Source: Bacteroidales bacterium (GTDB lineage Bacteria > Bacteroidota > Bacteroidia > Bacteroidales > UBA1715). Taken from it: a stretch of 64,000 nt of DNA. This document shows positions 9,175-18,772 of this stretch, piece after piece; positions within the stretch are counted from its first letter, which is position 1; each line of letters begins with the position of its first letter. The notes under the pieces were generated by a model that had not been told where the DNA came from, did no database searches, and worked only from the letters and a program-made list of their open reading frames with translations. The translations under genes were made by a program, and so were the position numbers. The stretch lies in assembly GCA_024409235.1 (NCBI GenBank), contig JAKSUA010000005.1, positions 18,284-82,283 of the forward strand. The letters are read 5' to 3'.

Positions 9175-10743
9175 ATGCAATCTTTATTTAAAAGATATTC
9201 TGGACTTGCAGACTTCATTACCTTATTAGTATGCTCTTCTGCAATAATTTGGGGAAACTTCATCATTACACTTAGCTGCATTCTACTATCAACATTTTGG
9301 ATTTTAAATGGTAATTATACAGCAAGTATCAAGAACATTTTATCCAGGAAAACATCCTTGTGTTTTCTAATTATATGTAGCATTCTTTTAGCACGTTTTT
9401 CTTTACAAATCCCCCATCCAGATGCACTAAACGCACTAAATAAATATCTTCCATTTTTTATATTCATAGTCACGCTCGGTAGTAGAAAAGAAGCTAGTCA
9501 TAATGAATTCCACACAATTATGTTGGCATATGTATTTTCTATTACAATAAACACAATTTTCTGCCTTTGCAACTACTTCATTAACATTTCCGACACAACA
9601 GCTTTCCGAAGTGTCGGTTTTTTCATGTCATATATAAGATTATCTTTATTCTCACTTTTGGGTGCTACAATCTGCATTTATTATTTATTCTACAACAAAA
9701 TCTACCCGGTCAGAAAATCGGAGCGTATATTTCTCTATTTTTCTTTAACATGGCTCATTGCATACATCTTGTTTTCAAAAACAATCACTGCATATGTAGC
9801 TCTTTCTGTTTTATCAGGATTATTCTTTATTGATCAGATTAGAAAAAAGACATCTAAAAAAAGCAGAACAGCACTTATTCTTGCACTTTGCCTTAGTATA
9901 ATTGCAATTAGCGCTATTCTTTATTCCGAAGCGAAATATTTTATTTATCCAGACAAAATCGACATTGCCACACTTGATACAAAAACAAATTCTGGTAACG
10001 CATACAAACCATTCACAAAAGGAACACAAACAGAAAACGGACATTGGAACAATCTCTATATATGCGAAGAAGAATTAGATAGTTGTTGGCAACAAAAAAC
10101 AGGAATGGCCTCTGTTTGGGATTTAAACAAAGACAATTACCCATATATTAATACTTTATGTCGTTACATGACATCAAAAAATCTGCGAAAAGACGCCGAA
10201 GGATTCGCACAACTTTCCGATGATGATATCGAAAACATAAAAAAAGGATTCACCAATTTTAGGTTTACATCCAACATTAATCCCAAAAAAAGAATCTATG
10301 AAGCTTTCTGGGAAATTCACGGCTATTATTTAGGAGATAATCCGGACGGACATTCAATAACCCAACGATGGGAATTTATTAAATGTGCCCATAAAGTAAT
10401 ACAGAAATTTCCGTGGATTGGTGCCGGAGCTTATGCAAAAACAGAAATGTTCAAGTTCTACGAAAAAGACAATATTCTTCGTGAAAACCATTGGAATTTA
10501 CCACACAATCAATTTGCACTCATCGGAATAACCACCGGCTATATAGGACTTATTATTTTTATACTCTGCCTTATTGGATTGTTCATCTTCTCAAGAAAAA
10601 AATGGAATGCCATTACCTTAGGTTGGTTGCTAATTACTGTGATTTCTTTTTTTAGCGAAGATACTATGAACACCTTTGCCGGCTTAGCTTTTAGTGCATA
10701 TTTCGGAGGACTTATACTTTTTGTACAACCTGAAAATCAATAA
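9175..10743 (+). CDS. O-antigen ligase/polymerase (Wzy_C) family membrane protein
   Basis: Many TM helices, a large loop, and the family motif region RWEFIKCAHKVIQKFPWIGAGAY...NLPHNQFALIGITTGYIGLIIF. Confidence 0.8.
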   Translation: MQSLFKRYSGLADFITLLVCSSAIIWGNFIITLSCILLSTFWILNGNYTASIKNILSRKTSLCFLIICSILLARFSLQIPHPDALNALNKYLPFFIFIVTLGSRKEASHNEFHTIMLAYVFSITINTIFCLCNYFINISDTTAFRSVGFFMSYIRLSLFSLLGATICIYYLFYNKIYPVRKSERIFLYFSLTWLIAYILFSKTITAYVALSVLSGLFFIDQIRKKTSKKSRTALILALCLSIIAISAILYSEAKYFIYPDKIDIATLDTKTNSGNAYKPFTKGTQTENGHWNNLYICEEELDSCWQQKTGMASVWDLNKDNYPYINTLCRYMTSKNLRKDAEGFAQLSDDDIENIKKGFTNFRFTSNINPKKRIYEAFWEIHGYYLGDNPDGHSITQRWEFIKCAHKVIQKFPWIGAGAYAKTEMFKFYEKDNILRENHWNLPHNQFALIGITTGYIGLIIFILCLIGLFIFSRKKWNAITLGWLLITVISFFSEDTMNTFAGLAFSAYFGGLILFVQPENQ

Positions 10744-10796
10744 ATTTCAAGTTTTAAGTTTTTCATTTCGATTCTCTTTTCTACTGCAAAATCTTG

Positions 10797-10804
10797 TATC
10801 TTTG
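10797..10804 (+). promoter_or_regulatory. Bacteroidota -7 promoter box TATCTTTG
   Basis: Matches TAnnTTTG, 16 nt before the 10821 ATG. Overlaps a 15-nt palindrome. Confidence 0.45.
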
Positions 10805-10820
10805 TAACAAAGAGATTAAG

Positions 10821-11651
10821 ATGAGTGAATATAAAGACAAAAAGGAATTCATTAATATTGAGAAAATATTAATGAAAAAAGCGCCGGAACTTTACAAGAA
10901 GCTGCCAAAATTCATCATACGATATTTCACATACATTTTACATCAGGACGAAATTAATTCCGACCTACATGAGATGGAGAACTATCAAGGCGTAGAAAAG
11001 TTTCACAAACATCTTGAAATCAACAATATACAAATCTCCTTCCATGGAAAAGAAAACATACCGGCAGACGGTAGATTTATTTTTGCATCAAATCATCCGC
11101 TCGGAGGTCCCGACGGTATTTTAATTGTTTCCGCAGTTGGCAGTATTTTCCCAAAAACTAAACTGATGGTAAACGATTTGCTGATGAACATTCCCGATGT
11201 TGAGGAAGTTTTTATTCCAATTAATCGCTTCGGAAAAAATAAAAGAGAATATGCAGAAACTTTTGAAAAAAGTCTTACCTCCGATTCTCAAATCATAATA
11301 TTTCCAGCTGGACTTGTTTCCAGAAAAATCAAAGGTAAAATTATCGATTTGGAATGGAAAAAATCCTTTGTATCTTATGCCAAACGCTACAAACGAGATA
11401 TTATTCCTGTTTTTATCAGTGGACAAAACTCAAAATTTTTCTATAATCTTGCTAACTGGAGAAAACGCTTAGGAATAAAAACAAACATTGAGCAACTATA
11501 TTTAATTGACGAATTCTACAAACATAAAAATGAGAATATGTCTATTTATTTTGGAAAACCTATTTCCTATAAAACTTTGTCTGAAGAAAAGACAGACAAG
11601 GAATGGGCAGAAGAAATAAAAAAGATTTCATATTCATTACCAAATGAATGA
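10821..11651 (+). CDS. glsA: Lysolipid O-acyltransferase, PlsC/OlsA family (GlsA-like)
   Basis: FASNHPLGGPDG acyltransferase histidine box and IIIFPAGLVSRK. Paired with a GNAT N-acyltransferase through a 4-nt ATGA overlap. The ORF-track start at 10794 is TTG; the first ATG is 10821. Confidence 0.65.
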   Translation: MSEYKDKKEFINIEKILMKKAPELYKKLPKFIIRYFTYILHQDEINSDLHEMENYQGVEKFHKHLEINNIQISFHGKENIPADGRFIFASNHPLGGPDGILIVSAVGSIFPKTKLMVNDLLMNIPDVEEVFIPINRFGKNKREYAETFEKSLTSDSQIIIFPAGLVSRKIKGKIIDLEWKKSFVSYAKRYKRDIIPVFISGQNSKFFYNLANWRKRLGIKTNIEQLYLIDEFYKHKNENMSIYFGKPISYKTLSEEKTDKEWAEEIKKISYSLPNE

Positions 11652-12580
11652 CAATGGAACAAGTAATTGCACCAGTTGAAAGAGAACTGCTTATTGCAGA
11701 ATTAACCGACGATAAAATTCTTAGAGAATCTCATTTCGGATCAAATAAAATATACACTGTCAACTTTCACAACGCTCCAAACGTGATGCGAGAAATTGGA
11801 CGTTTGCGTGAATTAGCATTTAGAAATTCTGGCGGAGGAACAGGAAAAGAAATCGACATCGACGAATTCGACATTCATCCAACTCATCCATACGAACAAT
11901 TAGTTATATGGAATCCTGAAAGCAAACAAATTCTTGGCGGCTATCGTTACATTCTTTGTAAAGACGCATTAAACAAGGATGGTTTATACGACATGGCGAC
12001 AACAGAACTATTCGATTTCTCAGAAAAATTTAAGAAAGACTATCTTCCTTATACTCTTGAACTTGGACGTTCTTTCGTTTATCAAGAATCTACTATTGGC
12101 GCCACAGTACGAAAAAGCATTTTTATTCTTGACAATCTTTGGGAAGGTATTGGAGCTGTAATTGCACTTAATCCTCAAATCAAATATTTGTTTGGAAAAG
12201 TAACGATGTATTTGAATTATGACCAATTGGCAAGAGATTACATTTTATATTTTCTGAACAAACATTTTAGAGACAAAGAGAATTTGGTAACTACATTAGA
12301 ACCACTCGGTTATTTTAACCAAGAAAAAGACTTAGAACAAGTTTTTAATGGAAATAATCTGCGTGAGGATTATAAAATTCTTTTTACAAAAGTACGTGAG
12401 AGAAAACAAAACATTCCACCACTCATAAATTCCTATATTAATCTTAGCGACACAATGAAAACATTCGGAACATCGCTGAACAAAGGATTTGGTGCCGTTG
12501 AAGAAACTGGGATACTTGTTACTATCAGCGATATCGATACTGATAAATTAAATCGATATGTTTTGTCTTATCAACTTTAA
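11648..12580 (+). CDS. glsB: GNAT-type N-acyl amino acid synthase (OlsB/GlsB-like, 'hemolysin' family)
   Basis: REIGRLRELAFRNSGGGTGKEIDIDEFD and about 310 aa, adjacent to a PlsC-family partner. This is the arrangement reported for Bacteroidota glycine-lipid synthesis. Confidence 0.65.
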   Translation: MTMEQVIAPVERELLIAELTDDKILRESHFGSNKIYTVNFHNAPNVMREIGRLRELAFRNSGGGTGKEIDIDEFDIHPTHPYEQLVIWNPESKQILGGYRYILCKDALNKDGLYDMATTELFDFSEKFKKDYLPYTLELGRSFVYQESTIGATVRKSIFILDNLWEGIGAVIALNPQIKYLFGKVTMYLNYDQLARDYILYFLNKHFRDKENLVTTLEPLGYFNQEKDLEQVFNGNNLREDYKILFTKVRERKQNIPPLINSYINLSDTMKTFGTSLNKGFGAVEETGILVTISDIDTDKLNRYVLSYQL

Positions 12581-12582
12581 AA

Positions 12583-13314
12583 ATGACTGACAAAATCTTT
12601 CCGAACATCGGCATTGTACATTTTAACAAAAAGAAAGGATGCCGTAAGGTCATTGTTAAAGTACTGCAAAATGGAGAAACCTACGTTTCCGTTCCTTGGC
12701 TATATCCAATAAAACTAGCCGAGATTTTCGTTCTAAAAAATACAGAATGGATTAATAATCAACAGAATAAAAGAAAGAACAGTCAGAAACTAATAACACA
12801 AAGTCAAGAAAAATTCACCCATTTTCACGATTTAGAAATTGTTACCGGAATAGACAATTCCTTTAGAATCTCAACAAGAAATGGAGTTATAAAAGCTATC
12901 ATACCACAAACCATCAATGTTGAAGACCCAAGAATCCAAGATGAGCTAATAAAAACAGTAGAAATAGTTTTACGAAAAGAAGCAAAGATTTTTATACCCG
13001 AACGAGTGAAATTATTATCACAAGAGCATGGATTTTCATATTCCTCAATAAAAATCTCAAGTGCAAAAACACGATGGGGCTGCTGTAACTCACAAAAACG
13101 TATTGTCTTTTCGCTTTATCTTATGACATTACCATTCCATCTTATTGATTATGTAATACTTCACGAATTATGTCATACCGTATTCATGAATCATAGTAAA
13201 GACTTTTACGCATTATTAGATAAATGTTGCGGAGGAAAACATTCCACATATAAAAACGAGATAAAGAAATTTCCAATGGATGTTTTTCCGAAATTTACTA
13301 AAGACAATTTATAA
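12583..13314 (+). CDS. YgjP-like metal-dependent hydrolase (DUF45 / M48-SprT-like)
   Basis: C-terminal HELCHTVFMNHSKDFYALL (HExxH followed by NHS..F), typical of the YgjP family. Confidence 0.8.
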   Translation: MTDKIFPNIGIVHFNKKKGCRKVIVKVLQNGETYVSVPWLYPIKLAEIFVLKNTEWINNQQNKRKNSQKLITQSQEKFTHFHDLEIVTGIDNSFRISTRNGVIKAIIPQTINVEDPRIQDELIKTVEIVLRKEAKIFIPERVKLLSQEHGFSYSSIKISSAKTRWGCCNSQKRIVFSLYLMTLPFHLIDYVILHELCHTVFMNHSKDFYALLDKCCGGKHSTYKNEIKKFPMDVFPKFTKDNL

Positions 13315-13328
13315 TCTCCAATTTATTG

Positions 13329-13336
13329 TATCTTTG
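13329..13336 (+). promoter_or_regulatory. Bacteroidota -7 promoter box TATCTTTG
   Basis: Matches TAnnTTTG, 17 nt before the tagD ATG. Confidence 0.45.
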
Positions 13337-13353
13337 GGAATTCAAATTGAACA

Positions 13354-13749
13354 ATGAAAAGAATTATCACATACGGTACTTTTGACCTCCTGCATTACGG
13401 CCATATAAATTTGCTGAAACGAGCAAAAGCACTTGGTGACTACTTAATTGTTGCACTTTCAACTGATGAATTTAACCTGAATCAGAAAAATAAGAAGTGT
13501 TACTTTAACTACGAAAAGCGTAAACAATTATTGGAAGCCATACGATATGTTGATTTAGTTATTCCAGAAGAAAACTGGGAACAAAAAACTACAGACATTA
13601 AAGAATATCACATCGACACTTTCGTAATTGGTGACGATTGGAAAGGTAAATTTGATTTTTTAAAGAAACAATGCGAAGTTGTTTATTTAGAACGTACACC
13701 CGAAATTTCCACCACTAAAATCAAGGATGACATTAACTGTTCTAAATGA
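13354..13749 (+). CDS. tagD: Glycerol-3-phosphate cytidylyltransferase
   Basis: TYGTFDLLHYGHINLLKRAKALGDYLIVALSTDEFN (HxGH cytidylyltransferase motif), 131 aa, and RTPEISTT near the C-terminus. Confidence 0.9.
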   Translation: MKRIITYGTFDLLHYGHINLLKRAKALGDYLIVALSTDEFNLNQKNKKCYFNYEKRKQLLEAIRYVDLVIPEENWEQKTTDIKEYHIDTFVIGDDWKGKFDFLKKQCEVVYLERTPEISTTKIKDDINCSK

Positions 13750-14951
13750 TAAGTAATCCTTTCATAAAGACTATTCTATATTTATGCAGTTACTGCATCT
13801 ATCCTTTTTCTTTTATTACACCAAGAAGTAAGAAAAAATGGACATTCGGTAGTTTTAGAGGCGCCTTCAACGACAATTCTAAATATCTGTTTATTGAAGT
13901 ACAAAAAAAGCATCCTGAAATCAATTCTGCATGGATATCATGCAACAAGGAAACTGTAAAAAAAATCAGAAGTTGCAACTTAACAGCCTATTACTTATTT
14001 AGTTGCAAAGGAATCTGGCATGCTCTCACATCAAAATATTGGATATACAACGCATACACATCCGACATTCTTTTTTGCCTTTCTGGCAATACAACAACTA
14101 TTAATCTATGGCATGGTTTAGCAATAAAAAACATAGAATTTGACATAAACGCAGGACCTTTAGAAGATATTTTTGTCAAAAAGACTTTTAAAAGCAGATT
14201 TTTCTATCCTCAAGTTTACAAACGCCCAAATCATGTTTTGGCACCGAGTGAATTTTATCAATCTTATTTTTCTCAAGCGTTTAGAATCGATAAAAAACAA
14301 TGTATATCATTCAGTTACCCACGAACTACCATTCTAACATGCGATGAAAATGAACGTAAAGAATTCATTCGGCAGTACGAACCTGAAGAAACACACCAAC
14401 TTATCGATGAGCTAAGTAAATTTGAAAAAACATTCATTTATATGCCGACCTGGAGAGATTCTCAAAAAGAAATCATCTCCTCGAACTTAGATTTATCGAC
14501 CATTGAAAAAACAATGCAGGAAGTTAACGGGCTATTCCTCATAAAACCACACGCAAATACTATTATAAACGATTCTATACTAAAAAATTTCAGAAACATA
14601 AAACTAATTGATTCTAAATCAGACGTCTATACAATTTTACCATACACATCCGCTCTTATTACAGATTATTCTTCTATTATGTATGACTATATGTTAATGA
14701 AGGGCAAGGATATCATTCTCTATCTATATGATTTTGAAGAATATACAAAAGACCGCACTTTTATTTTCCCATTTAACGAAAATACAATCGGTGCCAAAAC
14801 ATCAACATTCAACGAATTAATCCAGGTTATAAAGGAAAATAAATATTCCATTAATATAGATGACAGGGAAAGAATAATAACAAAGCTTTGGGATGAAAAT
14901 GGATTCAAAGACACTACTTCCAGTCTTATAAAATTCATTGAAACACTTTAG
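13746..14951 (+). CDS. CDP-glycerol glycerophosphotransferase (TagB/TagF family)
   Basis: YMPTWRD motif, a later ITDYSSIMYDY segment, and about 400 aa. Has an ATGA overlap with tagD. Confidence 0.8.
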   Translation: MISNPFIKTILYLCSYCIYPFSFITPRSKKKWTFGSFRGAFNDNSKYLFIEVQKKHPEINSAWISCNKETVKKIRSCNLTAYYLFSCKGIWHALTSKYWIYNAYTSDILFCLSGNTTTINLWHGLAIKNIEFDINAGPLEDIFVKKTFKSRFFYPQVYKRPNHVLAPSEFYQSYFSQAFRIDKKQCISFSYPRTTILTCDENERKEFIRQYEPEETHQLIDELSKFEKTFIYMPTWRDSQKEIISSNLDLSTIEKTMQEVNGLFLIKPHANTIINDSILKNFRNIKLIDSKSDVYTILPYTSALITDYSSIMYDYMLMKGKDIILYLYDFEEYTKDRTFIFPFNENTIGAKTSTFNELIQVIKENKYSINIDDRERIITKLWDENGFKDTTSSLIKFIETL

Positions 14952-14989
14952 TTTCTACGAATTTCAAGCAACATTTCACATTAATCTAT

Positions 14990-14997
14990 TACATTTG
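14990..14997 (+). promoter_or_regulatory. Bacteroidota -7 promoter box TACATTTG
   Basis: Matches TAnnTTTG, 16 nt before the lpxD ATG. Confidence 0.45.
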
Positions 14998-15013
14998 TAA
15001 AAAATATATCAGA

Positions 15014-16072
15014 ATGAAATTTGAATTTACTGCTGCACGTATTGCACAAGTTCTTGACGGTGTAGTTGAAGGTGACGAAAACGCAAAAATCGTCCGCGTT
15101 TCTAAAATCGAAGAAGGAAAAGAAGGTTCTATCACATTTCTTGCAAATCCAAAATACACTCAATATATCTATACAACAAATGCAACTGCAATTGTCTGCA
15201 GCAAAACATTTGTTCCAGACCAACCAATCTCATCGACACTAATCCGTGTTGACGATCCATATTCATCATTTACTAAACTACTTGTTTTCTACCAAAAAGA
15301 AAAAGAAAACAAAAATTTAAAAGGTGTTTCGTGGAAAGCAAAAGTTCACAGAAAAGCTAAGATTGGTAAAAATGTTTACATTGGTGAATTTACCTCTATC
15401 GGAGCTCACGTAGAAATTGGTGATGGTTGTAAGATTTATCCAAACGTGACAATTTATCCTTATGCAAAAATTGGTAAGAACGTTTTAATACACGCTGGCG
15501 CAATTGTTTTAAATGACTGTGTTATCGGCGACAACTGTATTTTACAGCCAGGTTCGGTTGTTGGTGGCGACGGATTTGGATTTGCTCCGCTTGAAGATGG
15601 TTCATACATGAAAATTCCTCAAACAGGAAATGTTGTGTTAAAAGAAAACGTTGAAATCGGAACAAATGCAACTATTGACCGTGCTACAATGGGTTCTACA
15701 ATTATCGAACACGGTACTAAAATAGACAATTTGATTCAGATTGGTCACAATGTTGTTATCGGTTCAGATTGCGTTATAGCAGGACAATCGGGTGTTGCAG
15801 GATCAACAAAAATGGGAAATAACTGTATGATTGGCGGACAAACAGGTATTGCCGGTCACCTTCATATTGGAAACGGTGTTCATCTTGCTGCAAAAACAGG
15901 TGTCATGGATGATATTCCAGACAACGCACAATTAATGGGTGCGCCATGTTTCGACGGTAGAGAATACAGACGTGCTTACATTCATTTTAGAAATCTTGAC
16001 AAGATTGTGAAAGAAATGCGTAGCTTACAAAAAGAAGTCAAAGAATTGAAATCTCAATTGAACAACAAATAA
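15014..16072 (+). CDS. lpxD: UDP-3-O-acylglucosamine N-acyltransferase
   Basis: N-terminal LpxD domain (ITFLANPKY), extended hexapeptide repeats (IGHNVVIGSDCVIAGQSGVAGSTKMGNNCMIGGQTGIAGHL), and a C-terminal helix. Confidence 0.95.
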   Translation: MKFEFTAARIAQVLDGVVEGDENAKIVRVSKIEEGKEGSITFLANPKYTQYIYTTNATAIVCSKTFVPDQPISSTLIRVDDPYSSFTKLLVFYQKEKENKNLKGVSWKAKVHRKAKIGKNVYIGEFTSIGAHVEIGDGCKIYPNVTIYPYAKIGKNVLIHAGAIVLNDCVIGDNCILQPGSVVGGDGFGFAPLEDGSYMKIPQTGNVVLKENVEIGTNATIDRATMGSTIIEHGTKIDNLIQIGHNVVIGSDCVIAGQSGVAGSTKMGNNCMIGGQTGIAGHLHIGNGVHLAAKTGVMDDIPDNAQLMGAPCFDGREYRRAYIHFRNLDKIVKEMRSLQKEVKELKSQLNNK

Positions 16073-16073
16073 T

Positions 16074-17465
16074 ATGGCAAAGTTAGATTTAGGTAAACCT
16101 GAAAAATTTAATTTACTCCATTTCTATACCAAATTCATTTTAATGACTTTTTGGTTGTTCTTGTGGTATAAGAAAATCACTGTTGTAGGGAAAAAGAATC
16201 TAAAAAGAAATACACCAACAATTCTTGCCATCAATCACCAGAACACGGCAATGGATCCTCTATCTCTTGTTGGAATTATTGCCAGACCAACTATTTGGCT
16301 TGCACGTGCAGATTTATACAATATCAAAGCCTTAGTTCCTATTCTTCATAGTTTTAAAATCCTACCTATCTTCAGACAAAGAGACGGGCTTAAAAACCTA
16401 GAAAACAACGATTTAGTTTTCAGAAAAATTGTTGATTTACTTGCCAAAAATCAGATAATAGGATTATTTCCAGAAGGAACACATTGGGGATTCCGTCGTT
16501 TAAGACAGACAAAAAAAGCAATTCCACGTATTGTTGAACTTGCTCAGAAAACATACGATTACTCTCTTGATGCAGAGAAAAATCCTGTATTAAACATGCA
16601 GATTATTCCTGTTGGAATCTACTATGATGACTACAAGAAAATCCGTTCCAGCATGTTTATAAAATTCGGTGAACCAATCCCGATGAAACAATACATTGAA
16701 GCGTTAAAAGAAAATCCTCAAACTGCTGAGACAGATATAAAAGAAGCTATTGACGCAGGTCTAAGAAATTGTATGATTGACATTCCACAAATGGACGATT
16801 CATATAACACTGTTGAGACAATGCGATTAGTTTGCAGGAAAACAACAATGCAGAAATTTTCATTCGCTGGTGTGCCAAAAGAACGTGAATTCTTAGCAGA
16901 CAAAAAGACGATTGAAATCATTGAAAATGAGGAACAGAAAACTGGAACATATCTATCTTCTATTAAAGAAAAAGTTAACGCATTTGAATCTATTTTCAAG
17001 AAAAGTAAATTCACAATGGATATTGTCGAAAATAATGGATACGACGCCTTCCATTTAATCTGGAACTCTTTACTTTGTATTATAGCTCTTCCACTATACA
17101 TCTGCAGTTTAATACTTTGGACAATTGATTACTTTGCAATGAAAAAAATTGCAACTTTTGCTAAAGATCCACTGTTTAAAAACTCTGCAATGTTTGTCGG
17201 AGGCCGTTTCTTCGGAATTATCACAAGTTTACTTTGGGTAACGTTATGGCTTGTTTTCGTCCCACTTCCCTGGTGGACAGTATTTATTTTCTGGGCAATG
17301 CGATTCCTTATTTGGCCAGTATTTATTGACTATCCTCGTATGGTAAAGCAAACTGTTCAAGGAATTATGTTCAACGCCGGATTAATGACAAAAGATGAAA
17401 ACATTGCAGAATTATGCAGATGCCAAGAGGCTGTAATTGAAGAATATTCAAAATTACTTCAATAA
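16074..17465 (+). CDS. PlsC-family acyltransferase with C-terminal membrane domain
   Basis: INHQNTAMDP (HX4D box) and FPEGTH, with 3-4 C-terminal TM helices. Starts 1 nt after the lpxD stop. Confidence 0.8.
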   Translation: MAKLDLGKPEKFNLLHFYTKFILMTFWLFLWYKKITVVGKKNLKRNTPTILAINHQNTAMDPLSLVGIIARPTIWLARADLYNIKALVPILHSFKILPIFRQRDGLKNLENNDLVFRKIVDLLAKNQIIGLFPEGTHWGFRRLRQTKKAIPRIVELAQKTYDYSLDAEKNPVLNMQIIPVGIYYDDYKKIRSSMFIKFGEPIPMKQYIEALKENPQTAETDIKEAIDAGLRNCMIDIPQMDDSYNTVETMRLVCRKTTMQKFSFAGVPKEREFLADKKTIEIIENEEQKTGTYLSSIKEKVNAFESIFKKSKFTMDIVENNGYDAFHLIWNSLLCIIALPLYICSLILWTIDYFAMKKIATFAKDPLFKNSAMFVGGRFFGIITSLLWVTLWLVFVPLPWWTVFIFWAMRFLIWPVFIDYPRMVKQTVQGIMFNAGLMTKDENIAELCRCQEAVIEEYSKLLQ

Positions 17466-18770
17466 AGTTACATATTCTGCCGCGTCACGCATAAGTAAAA
17501 TCGCACGTTCCAATACTGTGATATCTTCAAAACCATAGGAAATCCTTAACTGACGATTTCCTTCAGATTTATTTTGTAAAACACAAAATTCTCCTGGCAC
17601 ATATATTAAACGTGATTTCATTGGATTTCCGTCAACTTCAGCATCTCCTGTTGTTCTCGATAAATACTTAAAGAACTGCGATTGTGTATGTGTTTCTATC
17701 TCTTTAAATGTCAAATAAAAATAGAAACCAGCCTGTCCACCAGAATAACGTTCTAGATATTTTCCTAAATGTTCATCAATCAATAATTTCAAACAATCTG
17801 ATTTTTCTCGATAACCAGCACGAACAGTCAAGGCGTGTCCATCAATATATTTATCTATAAAATGTGCGGATATTTCCTCGTTAATTAAAGGAGCACTAAA
17901 ACCGATATCACTTGTTTTCTGTATCAAAGCCCTAAACAAATTAGAGTCATCGCCTATAGCATACCCAATGCGTAATGCAGGCGCAATTATCTTCGACAAC
18001 GTTCCCAACTCAACAACTAATCCATCTTCATCATACACCATACCCGACACCGGAGCTTCTATGTCATTATCGAAAATAATATCCTCATAAGCTTTATCAA
18101 AAATCATAGGGATTTTCTTACCAATTTTTCTTGATAAATCTGTCACAACTGAAACAATAGATTTTCGCCGTTCATTTGTCATTATTACAGAGGACGGATT
18201 ATTTACAGTTACTATATAAAAGAAACTGATAGAATCTACATCAATAGAATCTAACAACTGCTGTAATGCATCTACACGCATTCCACAGGAATCCTCAGGA
18301 ACTGTTAAAACATTAAAGCCTTTTCTAATTAAAGTTTCTGTATAAATGTAATAATTAGGCTCTGCAGTAATCACGATGCCTTTAGGCATTATTTCTGCAA
18401 AAGAATCCAATATACTTGTAGCACCATTTGCACCAATACAAATAGACTTTCTGTCCATCATAGTTTTGGTAACACCGCCGATTGTATTACGAACGTAGTA
18501 ATTTTTGATTGCATTTCGCAAGTTTTCAGAGCCGTCGGCTGAACCATAATTTAACGGATTCTTATATATTTCAGTATGTTCCAGCACATACTGAAAGCAT
18601 TCTTCCAACCTTTTGTGAGGAATAGTTTCGTCATTTACATAACCAACACCAAGATTAATATCGACTCCCGGACGAAAATCCTTTGAGAACGAAGCCGTCA
18701 TATTGTTTACAGGAGAAGGTATCAATGATTTTTCTCCAAATTGCGATAATGTAAAGTTGTTCATATCCAT
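17454..18770 (-). CDS. Class I/II PLP-dependent aminotransferase
   Basis: LGTLSKIIAPALRIGY (SxSK...RxGY PLP-lysine motif), VNNPSS, and about 438 aa. Its 3' end overlaps the convergent acyltransferase gene by 12 nt. Confidence 0.85.
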   Translation of the reverse strand: MDMNNFTLSQFGEKSLIPSPVNNMTASFSKDFRPGVDINLGVGYVNDETIPHKRLEECFQYVLEHTEIYKNPLNYGSADGSENLRNAIKNYYVRNTIGGVTKTMMDRKSICIGANGATSILDSFAEIMPKGIVITAEPNYYIYTETLIRKGFNVLTVPEDSCGMRVDALQQLLDSIDVDSISFFYIVTVNNPSSVIMTNERRKSIVSVVTDLSRKIGKKIPMIFDKAYEDIIFDNDIEAPVSGMVYDEDGLVVELGTLSKIIAPALRIGYAIGDDSNLFRALIQKTSDIGFSAPLINEEISAHFIDKYIDGHALTVRAGYREKSDCLKLLIDEHLGKYLERYSGGQAGFYFYLTFKEIETHTQSQFFKYLSRTTGDAEVDGNPMKSRLIYVPGEFCVLQNKSEGNRQLRISYGFEDITVLERAILLMRDAAEYVTLLK

Positions 18771-18772
18771 AT

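Noticed and set aside
13354-14951. tagD/tagF taken as evidence of a Gram-positive wall teichoic acid locus or contamination.
   Set aside because: The flanking genes (lpxD, T9SS cargo, glsA/B-like) and the promoter motifs are all Bacteroidota-type. Base composition looks continuous with the neighbours by eye.
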